Shown here: positions 9,147-17,574 of the stretch, one piece after another
Position numbering within the stretch: position 1 is the first letter of the stretch
Layout of the letters: every line of letters begins with the position of its first letter
Program-made: the position numbers and the translations under genes
From: Alphaproteobacteria bacterium
GTDB taxonomy: Bacteria; Pseudomonadota; Alphaproteobacteria; JAAXGF01
Length of the DNA stretch: 64,000 nucleotides
Direction: 5' to 3'
Assembly: GCA_963555825.3 (NCBI GenBank)
Contig: CAUVXB020000001.1
Coordinates: 1,920,001 to 1,984,000, forward strand
Notes under the pieces: model-generated
Databases searched by the model: none
What the model was told of the DNA's origin: nothing
Seen by the model: only the letters and a program-made list of their open reading frames with translations

Positions 9147-11708
9147 ATGAGCCACGACGACTTCCAGGACCCGTACCAAGACCCGACGTTGGCGGCGTAT
9201 CTGTCGAACGTGATCGACTGGCATGGCTACATCCGCTTCCTGGGCCTCCCCCATCTCCGCGACAACCCGGACATCCGCATCGACCGGCTTTACGTGGAGC
9301 CCAGGCTGGCCGAGCGCCACATCTCCCCCGACTCCGATCCCGACGAGTGGCCTGAAACCCGAACGCTGCACCAGGCGCTGACGGAGCGTCCATCGCTGGT
9401 GGTCCTCGGCGACCCCGGAAGCGGCAAGTCGACGCTCGTGAGTTGGCTCGCCTGGCGCTTCGCCCATGGGCCGGAGAGCGCGTGGACGGAGACGTTCGGG
9501 CGGTTGGTGCCAGTGCCGTTGGTGCTGCGCGAGCTTGAGATCGGCGCGGGGATCGATTGGCGCGGGTTGTGGGCGGCCTTTCTCGACCATGAGATGGCCA
9601 CTCCCCTTCGCAATGCGGGCAACGTCGAAGGGTTCTTGGAGCGCGGCCAAGCGTTGATCCTGTTCGACGGGATCGACGAGATCGGCGGCATTGCAGTTCG
9701 GAAGGCGCTCATGGCGGCGATCCGGGAGGGGGTCGACCTGTATCCGGAGTGCCGATGGCTGTTGACATCGCGGCTTGTCGGCTATGCCGAGGCGCCCCTC
9801 CATCTATTCGACGATGACCGGGAGAATGTCATGCGGGAGGCCGACCTTGGAGACTCGATTTTTGTGTCGAGTCCGGCCGCCGCCTGGTACGTCGCCCCCT
9901 TCACCGACGCCCAGATCGACCACTTCGCCCGCAACTGGTACGCCCAGCGCGAAGCGGCGCCGAAGGTGGCAGCGGAGCAATCGCAAGCCCTGGTGGGCGC
10001 CATCGGCGATGCCACCGCGACGCGACGGCTCGCACGGGTGCCCAACCTGTTGACGATGATGGCGCTGATCTTCCGGGTGCGGGCGCGGCTACCGCACGGG
10101 CGGGCTCTCCTCTACGACGAGATCTGCGAGGCCTACCTGGAATCCATCGATGAGTTCCGGGGTGTCGACCGCCTCGACTATCCCCTTGTGGAGAAAAAAC
10201 GCTGGCTCGCTGCCGTCGGCCTGCGACTGCAACAGCGCCGGGCGGAGCAACAGCAGAACGACGACGAACCGAGGGAAACGCGCGAAATTCTCGTCGAAGG
10301 GTCCGATGTCAAAGCCTGGATCGGCGGGGCCATGGAAAACTCGGGCTATCCCGGCGACGAGGCCGACGCCGCGAAGTTCGTCGACTACATCGGCCGGCGG
10401 AGCGGCCTGCTCCTCCCCCGAGGCGCCGACACCTTCGCGTTCATGCACCTGTCTTTCCAGGAATACTTCGCCGCCTGCGCCCTGGAAGACTCGGTGACTT
10501 CGCCCGGATGGCTGCGCAAGGGCGAGACTGCCGACGGTATTACGAAGGCCACCCTCCAGGCGTGGACGCGCGACACGAAATGGCGGGAAACCTTCATATT
10601 CCTGTTCGAACGCCTGGCGAGCCGCCGCGAGTGGGTGGAAGCCTTGTCCGAAGACCTGTTCGGCGCCGACTTCGAGAACTTGGTGCCTGAAAATGAGAAT
10701 GCCTACTCGGTCGCCGTCCTCGTGACTCTGCTTACAGTCAATCCGCATTCAGGGTTCACGCAGGCGATGCGGGAGGCAGCGATCGAGAAGAGCATCATCG
10801 CCGAGGTGGCCGAGCAGCAAAGGCTGGTTCGGGACAGAGGCAAAGGCGGAAGCTTATTCTGGCAAGCGGTTTCCATTGTCCGAAACGGGTTTTCCACCGA
10901 CTACGAGTGGAGGACGAAGGTTCCGGAACTCATCGCGAACGCGGCCGATGGTGCCGAAGTGTTGGCTCTTGATGGCGCGAGCGGCGTCAAGGATATCTGT
11001 TTTCTTGCTCGCATTTCGACGTTGAAGTCGCTTTCTCTCGACGATACGGCCGTTTCGGATCTGGGGCCGCTCGCTGGGCTGACAAGATTGAAGGTGCTCT
11101 ATCTGAGCCGCACGGCCATTTCGGATCTGGGGCCGCTCGCTGGGTTGACCGGATTGCAGCGGCTCTATCTGGACGGCACGGCCGTTTTGGATCTGGGGCC
11201 GCTCGCTGGGCTGACCGGATTGCAGGTCCTCGACTTCAACGACACCGGCGTTTCGGATCTGGGGCCGCTCGCTGGGCTGACCAAATTGCTAAACCTCGGC
11301 TTAGACAGCACAGACGTTTCGGATGTGGGGCCGCTCGCTGGGCTGACCAAATTGGGGCGCCTCAGGCTCGGCAACACCGGCGTTTCGGATCTGCGGCCGC
11401 TTGCTGGGCTGACCGGATTGTGGAGCCTCAGCCTCGACAACACGGGCGTTTCAGATTTGGGGCCGCTCGCTGGGCTGACCGAATTGTGGAACCTCAGCCT
11501 CGCGAACACTGGCGTTTCGGATCTGAGGCCACTCGCTGGGCTGACCGGATTGCAGCACCTCGACCTCGACAACACCGGCGTTTCCGACCTAAGCCCGTTG
11601 CTACGCCTAGAACGATTGGAATCCTTGTCCCTCCGAAGCACCAACGCCCCCCCCGAGCAAGTCGCAGCCCTTCAAAAATCCGTAGAGATTGACGGTCTCG
11701 GCGCCTAA
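9147..11708 (+). CDS. NACHT NTPase with C-terminal leucine-rich repeats (NLR-like)
   Basis: Walker A LVVLGDPGSGKSTL, PVPLVLREL, Walker B LILFDGIDEI, LLTSR, PNLLTMM, RSGLL, FMHLSFQEYFAA, W-R-E motif, then 22-aa LRRs; alternative start 9054. Confidence 0.92.
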   Translation: MSHDDFQDPYQDPTLAAYLSNVIDWHGYIRFLGLPHLRDNPDIRIDRLYVEPRLAERHISPDSDPDEWPETRTLHQALTERPSLVVLGDPGSGKSTLVSWLAWRFAHGPESAWTETFGRLVPVPLVLRELEIGAGIDWRGLWAAFLDHEMATPLRNAGNVEGFLERGQALILFDGIDEIGGIAVRKALMAAIREGVDLYPECRWLLTSRLVGYAEAPLHLFDDDRENVMREADLGDSIFVSSPAAAWYVAPFTDAQIDHFARNWYAQREAAPKVAAEQSQALVGAIGDATATRRLARVPNLLTMMALIFRVRARLPHGRALLYDEICEAYLESIDEFRGVDRLDYPLVEKKRWLAAVGLRLQQRRAEQQQNDDEPRETREILVEGSDVKAWIGGAMENSGYPGDEADAAKFVDYIGRRSGLLLPRGADTFAFMHLSFQEYFAACALEDSVTSPGWLRKGETADGITKATLQAWTRDTKWRETFIFLFERLASRREWVEALSEDLFGADFENLVPENENAYSVAVLVTLLTVNPHSGFTQAMREAAIEKSIIAEVAEQQRLVRDRGKGGSLFWQAVSIVRNGFSTDYEWRTKVPELIANAADGAEVLALDGASGVKDICFLARISTLKSLSLDDTAVSDLGPLAGLTRLKVLYLSRTAISDLGPLAGLTGLQRLYLDGTAVLDLGPLAGLTGLQVLDFNDTGVSDLGPLAGLTKLLNLGLDSTDVSDVGPLAGLTKLGRLRLGNTGVSDLRPLAGLTGLWSLSLDNTGVSDLGPLAGLTELWNLSLANTGVSDLRPLAGLTGLQHLDLDNTGVSDLSPLLRLERLESLSLRSTNAPPEQVAALQKSVEIDGLGA
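11022..11615 (+). repeat. Nine tandem 66-bp units encoding internalin-like 22-aa LRRs
   Basis: Recurring core GTTTCGGATCTGGGGCCGCTCGCTGGGCTGACC; protein consensus LxxLxLxxTGVSDLGPLAGLTx. Confidence 0.95.
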
Positions 11709-11998
11709 CACCTGATTCTCATGCGAATGTCAGAGCTAGGCCTTGTCTGTTGCCGAGACGACGCCGAATAGCAGCGACGAACGTCTCCTTCGGGTCAACA
11801 GCGGCTGTATCGACGATCGCGCGTCGAGGTCCGCCCTTGGGGGCAAAGCGGACGTGATCCGCTGGAAAACCGAGAATCCGCGGGCTGGTTCGGCAAGGTT
11901 TCAAACAGAGACCCGACCCCGCCCGGCCCGTTGCACCGGCCCCGCCGCGTGATATAACGAATTTTCCCCGGCGCACCAAGAGGGTCGCGAAGACACCG

Positions 11999-12454
11999 AT
12001 GCCCGCCACCGTCCTCATCCTGAACGGCCCCAACCTGAACCTGCTCGGCACGCGCGAGCCGGAGATCTACGGCGACGAATCGCTCGCCGACATCGAGGCG
12101 GCCTGCGCGGCGCACGCCCCGGCGCTCGACCTCGCGGTGAATTTCCGCCAGTCGAACAGCGAGGGCGCCCTCGTCGATTGGGTGCAGGGCGCGCGCGGCA
12201 CGGCGGCCGGGTTGATCGTCAACGCGGGCGGCCTGACGCATTCATCGGTCGCGCTACTGGACGCGCTGCTCGCGGTCGGCCTGCCGGTCGTCGAGGTGCA
12301 TCTGACGAACATTCACCGGCGCGAACCGTTCCGCCATCACTCCTACGTCTCGCAGGGGGCCGTGGGCATGATTTGCGGTTTCGGCGGTCATGGCTATATT
12401 CTGGCGCTCGACGCGCTGGCGCGAATATTGAATGGGGCCAGAGACGACGCATGA
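11999..12454 (+). CDS. aroQ: Type II 3-dehydroquinate dehydratase
   Basis: LNGPNLNLLGTREPEIYG, QSNSEG, EVHLTNIHRREPFRHHS. Confidence 0.97.
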   Translation: MPATVLILNGPNLNLLGTREPEIYGDESLADIEAACAAHAPALDLAVNFRQSNSEGALVDWVQGARGTAAGLIVNAGGLTHSSVALLDALLAVGLPVVEVHLTNIHRREPFRHHSYVSQGAVGMICGFGGHGYILALDALARILNGARDDA

Positions 12455-12897
12455 GCGGTTTCGACGTCGACAGCGACCTGATCCGCCGGCTCGCCGAGCT
12501 GCTCGACGAGACCGGTTTGAGCGAGATCGAGGTCGGCGAGGGCGAGCACCGCGTGCGCGTCGTGCGCGCTGTCGCCGGCGCGGCGCCGGCGACCGCCAAC
12601 CCGGCGCCGGCTACTGCCGATGCGCCAGCCACCCAGGCGACGGCCGACGCCGACGCTGCCCATCCGGGCGCCGTGACCTCGCCGATGGTCGGCACCGTCT
12701 ACACCGCGCCCGAGCCTGGTGCTGCGCCCTACGTCAAGGTCGGCGACACGGTGAGCGAGGGCCAGCCCCTGTTCGTCATCGAGGCGATGAAGGTGATGAA
12801 CCCGATCCGCGCGCCGCGCGCCGGCACGGTGACGCGCGTCCTGGTGCAGAACCGCGACCCGGTCGAGTACGGCGACGTCCTGCTGATCCTCGAATAG
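12451..12897 (+). CDS. accB: Acetyl-CoA carboxylase biotin carboxyl carrier protein
   Basis: SPMVGTVY, EAMKVMN biotinylation motif; ATGA overlap with aroQ. Confidence 0.96.
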   Translation: MSGFDVDSDLIRRLAELLDETGLSEIEVGEGEHRVRVVRAVAGAAPATANPAPATADAPATQATADADAAHPGAVTSPMVGTVYTAPEPGAAPYVKVGDTVSEGQPLFVIEAMKVMNPIRAPRAGTVTRVLVQNRDPVEYGDVLLILE

Positions 12898-12918
12898 CGC
12901 CGGCGAAATTACACGACG

Positions 12919-14262
12919 ATGTTCGACAAGGTCCTGATCGCCAACCGCGGCGAGATCGCCTTGCGCATTCACCGCGCCTGTCGCGAGATGGGCATCCACA
13001 CCGTGGCCGTGCATTCGACCGCCGACGCCGAGGCGATGCATGTGCGCCTGGCCGACGAAAGCGTCTGCATCGGCCCGCCGCCGGCCGCCGACAGCTACCT
13101 CAACGTGCCGGCGATCATCGCCGCCGCCGAGATCACCGGGCCCGATGCGATCCATCCCGGCTACGGTTTCCTGTCGGAGAACGCCGGCTTCGCCGAGATC
13201 GTCGAGGAGCACGGCTTCACGTTCATTGGGCCGACGCCGGAACACATCCGTATGATGGGCGACAAGATCGCCGCCAAGGAGACGATGCAGCGCCTCGGCG
13301 TGCCGGTGACGCCGGGTTCCGACGGGCCGGTCACGAGCGCCGAGGAGGCGGCCGGGCTGGCCGAAGACATGGGTTACCCGGTGCTGCTCAAGGCGGTCGC
13401 CGGCGGCGGTGGCGTGGGCATGAAGCTGGTGCGCGGCGCGGGCGAGATGGCCGACGCGCTGTCGACCACGCGCGCCGCGGCCAAGGCGGCCTTCGGCGAC
13501 GACGCGGTCTACGTCGAGAAGTACCTCGACCGGCCGCGCCACATCGAGATCCAGGTCGTCGCCGACGGTCAGGGCGGCGTCGTCCACCTGGGCGAGCGTG
13601 ACTGCTCGCTGCAGCGGCGCCACCAGAAGCTGGTCGAGGAGACGCCGTCGCCCGCGCTCAACGACGACCTCAGGCGCCAGCTCGGCGACACCGTCGTCGC
13701 CGCGGTGCGCGAACTCGGCTACCGCGGCGTCGGCACGGTCGAATTTCTCTACCAGGGCGGCGCGTTCTACTTCATCGAGATGAACACGCGGCTTCAGGTC
13801 GAGCACCCGGTGACCGAGATGATCACCGGCATCGATCTGGTGCGCGAGCAGATCCGTATCGCCGCGGGCGCGCCGCTCGGCTACGGCCAGGACGACATCC
13901 GCTTCAACGGCCACGCCATCGAATGCCGGGTCAACGCAGAGAACCCCGAGACCTTCACGCCGTCGCCCGGGCGCATCGGCAGTTACCACGCGCCCGGCGG
14001 CCTCGGCGTGCGCGTCGAATCGGCGCTCTACGCCGGCTATACGATCCCGCCGACGTACGACAGCCTGATCGCCAAGGTCGTCGTCCACGGCACGACGCGC
14101 ACCGAATGCCTGATGCGGCTGCGCCGGGCGCTCGAGGAATACGTCATCGACGGCGTCGAGACGACGATCCCGCTCCATCAGCGTCTGATCAACGAGCCCG
14201 ATTTCGCCAACGGCGCCTACGACGTCGCCTGGCTCGAGGAGCTGCTCGGCCAGGGCGACTGA
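12919..14262 (+). CDS. accC: Acetyl-CoA carboxylase biotin carboxylase subunit
   Basis: [46 protein letters not shown]. Confidence 0.98.
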   Translation: MFDKVLIANRGEIALRIHRACREMGIHTVAVHSTADAEAMHVRLADESVCIGPPPAADSYLNVPAIIAAAEITGPDAIHPGYGFLSENAGFAEIVEEHGFTFIGPTPEHIRMMGDKIAAKETMQRLGVPVTPGSDGPVTSAEEAAGLAEDMGYPVLLKAVAGGGGVGMKLVRGAGEMADALSTTRAAAKAAFGDDAVYVEKYLDRPRHIEIQVVADGQGGVVHLGERDCSLQRRHQKLVEETPSPALNDDLRRQLGDTVVAAVRELGYRGVGTVEFLYQGGAFYFIEMNTRLQVEHPVTEMITGIDLVREQIRIAAGAPLGYGQDDIRFNGHAIECRVNAENPETFTPSPGRIGSYHAPGGLGVRVESALYAGYTIPPTYDSLIAKVVVHGTTRTECLMRLRRALEEYVIDGVETTIPLHQRLINEPDFANGAYDVAWLEELLGQGD

Positions 14263-14264
14263 CG

Positions 14265-14855
14265 GTGGTCGCGGTGACCCCGGAAATGTTGTTGCGCGCG
14301 TATGGCCTGGGCATCTTCCCGATGGCCGAGAGCCGTGACGACCCGAGGCTCTTCTGGGTCGATCCGGACACGCGTGGCGTCATCCCGCTCGACGCCTTCC
14401 ACCTATCCAGGCGGCTTGCACGGCGCGTCCGCTCGGGCGTCTTCGAGCCCCGCATCGACAGCGATTTTTCCGGCGTAATCCAGGCCTGTGCCGAACCCCG
14501 CCCGGGTCATCCCGAGACCTGGATCAACGACCAGATCGTCGCGCTCTATGCGGCGCTCTTCGAGCGCGGCCACGTCCACACGGTCGAGTGCTGGCGTGAG
14601 GGCAGCCTGGTCGGCGGCCTCTACGGTGTCTCGCTGCGCGGCGCCTTCTTCGGCGAGAGCATGTTCAGCCGCGAAAGCGACGCCAGCAAGGTGGCGCTCG
14701 TTCACCTGGTCGACCACCTGCGCGACCGTGGCTTCCGACTGCTCGACGTCCAGTTCCTCACCCCCCACCTCGAGACCTTGGGCGCCATCGAGGTGAGCCG
14801 CGCCGACTACCAGAACCTGCTGCGCGGCGCCCTCGACGTCGACGCTCGGTTCTAG
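14265..14855 (+). CDS. aat: Leucyl/phenylalanyl-tRNA-protein transferase
   Basis: [39 protein letters not shown] start approximate. Confidence 0.95.
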   Translation: MVAVTPEMLLRAYGLGIFPMAESRDDPRLFWVDPDTRGVIPLDAFHLSRRLARRVRSGVFEPRIDSDFSGVIQACAEPRPGHPETWINDQIVALYAALFERGHVHTVECWREGSLVGGLYGVSLRGAFFGESMFSRESDASKVALVHLVDHLRDRGFRLLDVQFLTPHLETLGAIEVSRADYQNLLRGALDVDARF

Positions 14856-14910
14856 GCGGGCGGGCGAGTACCACACCGCCCAAGGCATAATCTGATCAAT
14901 TGGAATCGGT

Positions 14911-15033
14911 CGGATTATGCCAGCCCGCGACCGCGGGCCGCCGACCGTTCGGCCAGCCCTTGTGGGATAAAGATTGGCATGCGCGGCGATTGAGCGCAGG
15001 TCATCTTTGCGCGAGTCAAAGATGACCGCACAA
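14911..15033. repeat. 123-bp structured dispersed repeat, copy 1
   Basis: Ungapped match to 33481-33603 with 17 mismatches by hand count; hairpin GGTCATCTTTG-N7-CAAAGATGACC. Confidence 0.9.
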
Positions 15034-15039
15034 TACTTT

Positions 15040-15231
15040 CTACTGGCAGTTCTCCGGGCTCGCCTGCCCGCCGTCATAGCCGCCGTCGGCGTTCGGCTTC
15101 TGGTACATCACGACCGAGCCGTCGGGCGCGCAATAGGGCTCCAAGACCGAGCCCACCCGGCGCCCCTCGCCGCAGCCGCCGAGCACGACCCCGGCTAGCA
15201 ACAGGGTTCCAATCACGATTCCATGTCTCAT
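15040..15231 (-). CDS. Small putative lipoprotein
   Basis: Basic N-terminus, hydrophobic stretch, lipobox LGG-C; two further Cys; 63 aa. Confidence 0.65.
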   Translation of the reverse strand: MRHGIVIGTLLLAGVVLGGCGEGRRVGSVLEPYCAPDGSVVMYQKPNADGGYDGGQASPENCQ

Positions 15232-15312
15232 CGGCCAGTCCCTCCAGATTTGTGCCCGACGATCATAGCAGACCCAGGGCCGCGGACCGATAAACGTGGT
15301 CCATCTGTCGCC

Positions 15313-15795
15313 CTACTCCGTCGATGGCTCGGGCGGCGGGATCGGGATTGGCGAGTCGACCTCGGGGATCGTCTCGGGCGCGATTGCCGGCGGCGCGGTG
15401 CCCGGGGCCTCGACCTCGCGGCAGTCGAGCACCCAGATGTCGTAGACCGGATGCTCGAGCGCCGACAGCGCCGGCGACGAGGCGAACATCCAGCCGGTAA
15501 ACAGGCGGACCGCGTCCTCGCCCGGCTTGACGTCGTCGATCTCGAGAAAGACGGCGCTCTCGGGCGGCTCCTCGGGCGGCGCCTTCCAGCAGGTCCGCAT
15601 GGTGATCGAGAGCGTGCCGAACGTGACCGCGCGGTCGACCGCCGCCTCGATCGGCGAGACCCGCGCGGTGATCTTGTTGAGCCCCTGCAACAGCGCCTGC
15701 TTGGCGGCCAAGGCGGGCGCCGGCGCGAGCGCGAGCAAGGCGGCGGCAAACAGCGGCGCGCCGATCGCTCGCCGGTATCGCACTGCCTGGCTCAT
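15313..15795 (-). CDS. DUF2155-family exported protein
   Basis: Signal peptide, LQGLNKITAR, FTGWMFASSPALSALEHPVYDIWVLDC. Confidence 0.88.
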   Translation of the reverse strand: MSQAVRYRRAIGAPLFAAALLALAPAPALAAKQALLQGLNKITARVSPIEAAVDRAVTFGTLSITMRTCWKAPPEEPPESAVFLEIDDVKPGEDAVRLFTGWMFASSPALSALEHPVYDIWVLDCREVEAPGTAPPAIAPETIPEVDSPIPIPPPEPSTE

Positions 15796-15803
15796 ACCAA
15801 GGA

Positions 15804-16034
15804 TTAATCCTTGAACGGCTCTTCGAGTTGCTCGATCAACTCGCGCATGACCTCGCGCGCCTGGGCCTCGTCGCAGCCCATCAGCACCGCGTCCTCGAGC
15901 GCCTCCTGGGCCATCTCGCGGATCTCGTCGAGGTTTTCCTCGAGCACCTTGAGCTTCTCGTAGCACGACACCGGCGCGCCGTCGGGTGCGCGCCAGATGC
16001 GTTTGGTCGTTGGTTGCCGTGCGTCCTGTGGCAT
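15804..16034 (-). CDS. Conserved alphaproteobacterial hypothetical protein
   Basis: WRAPDGAPVSCYEKLKVLEENLDE...EDAVLMGCDE; tight operonic spacing. Confidence 0.75.
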   Translation of the reverse strand: MPQDARQPTTKRIWRAPDGAPVSCYEKLKVLEENLDEIREMAQEALEDAVLMGCDEAQAREVMRELIEQLEEPFKD

Positions 16035-16039
16035 GAGGT

Positions 16040-16807
16040 CTATATATGCGCGGCGAAGCGCAAGCGCACGTAATCGACCGACCAGCCGCCGTCGGCGTCT
16101 CGGTTGGTCGCCGCGAGCGCCGCCGCCGCTTCGTCCTTGAGCGCCGCGCGCTCGGCCGTCGGAACGGCATCGAGAAAACTCTCGCAAAATGTCTCGAGCC
16201 AGTCGCGGATGTCGCCCGGCAGCGGCGTCGGGCGCGGGATCAGCGCGATGGAAGCGACCGTGAAGCCATGCGCTTCGAGCCTCTCGCGATAGGCCTCGGG
16301 CGTCGGGAAATACCAGGGCGAGCGCGCCCGCCCGTCGATGCCGCGGCGATCCAGCGCGGCCACCAGCGCGCCCCTCACATTGGCGACGTTGCCGGCGCCA
16401 CCGAATTCGGCGACGAAGCGGCCGCCGGGCTTGAGCGCGCGCTTGACGCCCGAGATCACCGCGTCGGCGTCGCGCATCCAATGCAGCGCGGCGTTCGAGA
16501 AGACGGCGTCGAAAGCGGCGTCGAAGGTCAGCGCCTGGCCGTCGCCGATGCGGGCGTCGATGCCGAGTGCCCTGGCCGCAGCGATCATGTCGGCGCCGGA
16601 ATCGACACCGACGACCGCGGCACCGGCGGCCATCAGCTCGACGCTCAGCGCGCCATCGCCACAGCCGAGGTCGAGGATGTGCTCGCCCGCCCGGGGCGCC
16701 AGCAGCGCGACCAGAGGCGCGCCCAGATCGGCGACAAACCGCGCGTTCCGCGCATAGCGCTCCGGGTCCCAGCTCTGTGTTCGCGCCGTGGTCGCCGCCC
16801 TGGTCAT
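16040..16807 (-). CDS. Class I SAM-dependent methyltransferase (trans-aconitate methyltransferase-like)
   Basis: WDPERY, ILDLGCGDG, FDAVFSNAALHW, DYVRLRF. Confidence 0.9.
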   Translation of the reverse strand: MTRAATTARTQSWDPERYARNARFVADLGAPLVALLAPRAGEHILDLGCGDGALSVELMAAGAAVVGVDSGADMIAAARALGIDARIGDGQALTFDAAFDAVFSNAALHWMRDADAVISGVKRALKPGGRFVAEFGGAGNVANVRGALVAALDRRGIDGRARSPWYFPTPEAYRERLEAHGFTVASIALIPRPTPLPGDIRDWLETFCESFLDAVPTAERAALKDEAAAALAATNRDADGGWSVDYVRLRFAAHI

Positions 16808-16847
16808 GATCGCGCGGCTCAGCCGCCGCCGGGAACGCCGGGCGCCA

Positions 16848-17198
16848 TTACGGCCGCCACGGCTCGTAAGACTCGGGTATGCCGCGCGCTGGCTCGCCCC
16901 CGGCCATGTCGCCGGGCGGTCGGTAGGCGTGGCTGGTGCCGGTAAGATTAGGCAGGTGTTGCTTCTGCCACGGCTTCGGCGCGGCGGTTTCCTCGCTGGG
17001 TGGCGTCGCGGCGCCGCCGTGCAGCCAGCGGTGCCACTCGGGCGGCACCTTGGACGCCTCGACGTCGCCCTTGTACATGACCCAGCGCCGCGGCTTGGCG
17101 ACATTGCCGCGCTCGCGGTAGTAGTGGTTGCCGAAATCGTCCTCACCGACGAGCTCGCCCTTCATCCGCGTGTACAACCAGGTTCCGATCGACATCAT
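16848..17198 (-). CDS. NADH:ubiquinone oxidoreductase NDUFA12-family protein
   Basis: GELVGEDDFGNHYY, RRWV, EASKVPPEWHRWLH, PNLTGT, YEPWRP. Confidence 0.92.
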   Translation of the reverse strand: MMSIGTWLYTRMKGELVGEDDFGNHYYRERGNVAKPRRWVMYKGDVEASKVPPEWHRWLHGGAATPPSEETAAPKPWQKQHLPNLTGTSHAYRPPGDMAGGEPARGIPESYEPWRP

Positions 17199-17376
17199 CG
17201 ACAATTCCTCTCGCTCGAAGCGGCCCGACTATGGCACCGAGCCGCTGTGGCGTCCAGCGTCGGTGTGGCAGAATCGCTCGGTCGCCGACGCCGACGGCAG
17301 CCACGGGCACCGCCGCCAATCGTGGATATGTGGGTGGTCGGCCGTCCCGGCAATGGCCGTGGCAATTTACAAAAAT

Positions 17377-17474
17377 ACACAAGTTGTTGTGGTCTATTGC
17401 GATCCAGCCGCAAAATCTTGTTGCACCACACCACCGATTGTGATTTGCTCCTCGGTCGGCACTAGATGTCGGGT
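17377..17474 (+). promoter_or_regulatory. Tandem NrdR boxes upstream of nrdJ
   Basis: ACACAAGTTGTTGTGG (17377-17392) and CCGCAAAATCTTGTTG (17408-17423), starts 31 bp apart; weaker third GCACTAGATGTCGGGT (17459-17474); consensus acaCwAtATaTwGtgt. Confidence 0.7.
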
Positions 17475-17574
17475 TCGGGCGGCTCCGGGGGCAATCGGCA
17501 ACCGCGAATTCAGTAGTACCAGTTCAGGTCCGCGAGTTAACAAAAAAGCGGATTCAAGGGGGAGTTAAGTCAGT

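Noticed and set aside
11022-11615. Regular repeats with variable inserts resembling a CRISPR array or a DGR variable region
   Set aside because: Period is exactly 66 bp in frame within a CDS, the variable parts keep LxxLxL, and there are no cas genes or reverse transcriptase in the window
12394-14178. 594-aa minus-strand ORF
   Set aside because: Antisense shadow of accB/accC caused by high-GC codon bias; no motifs
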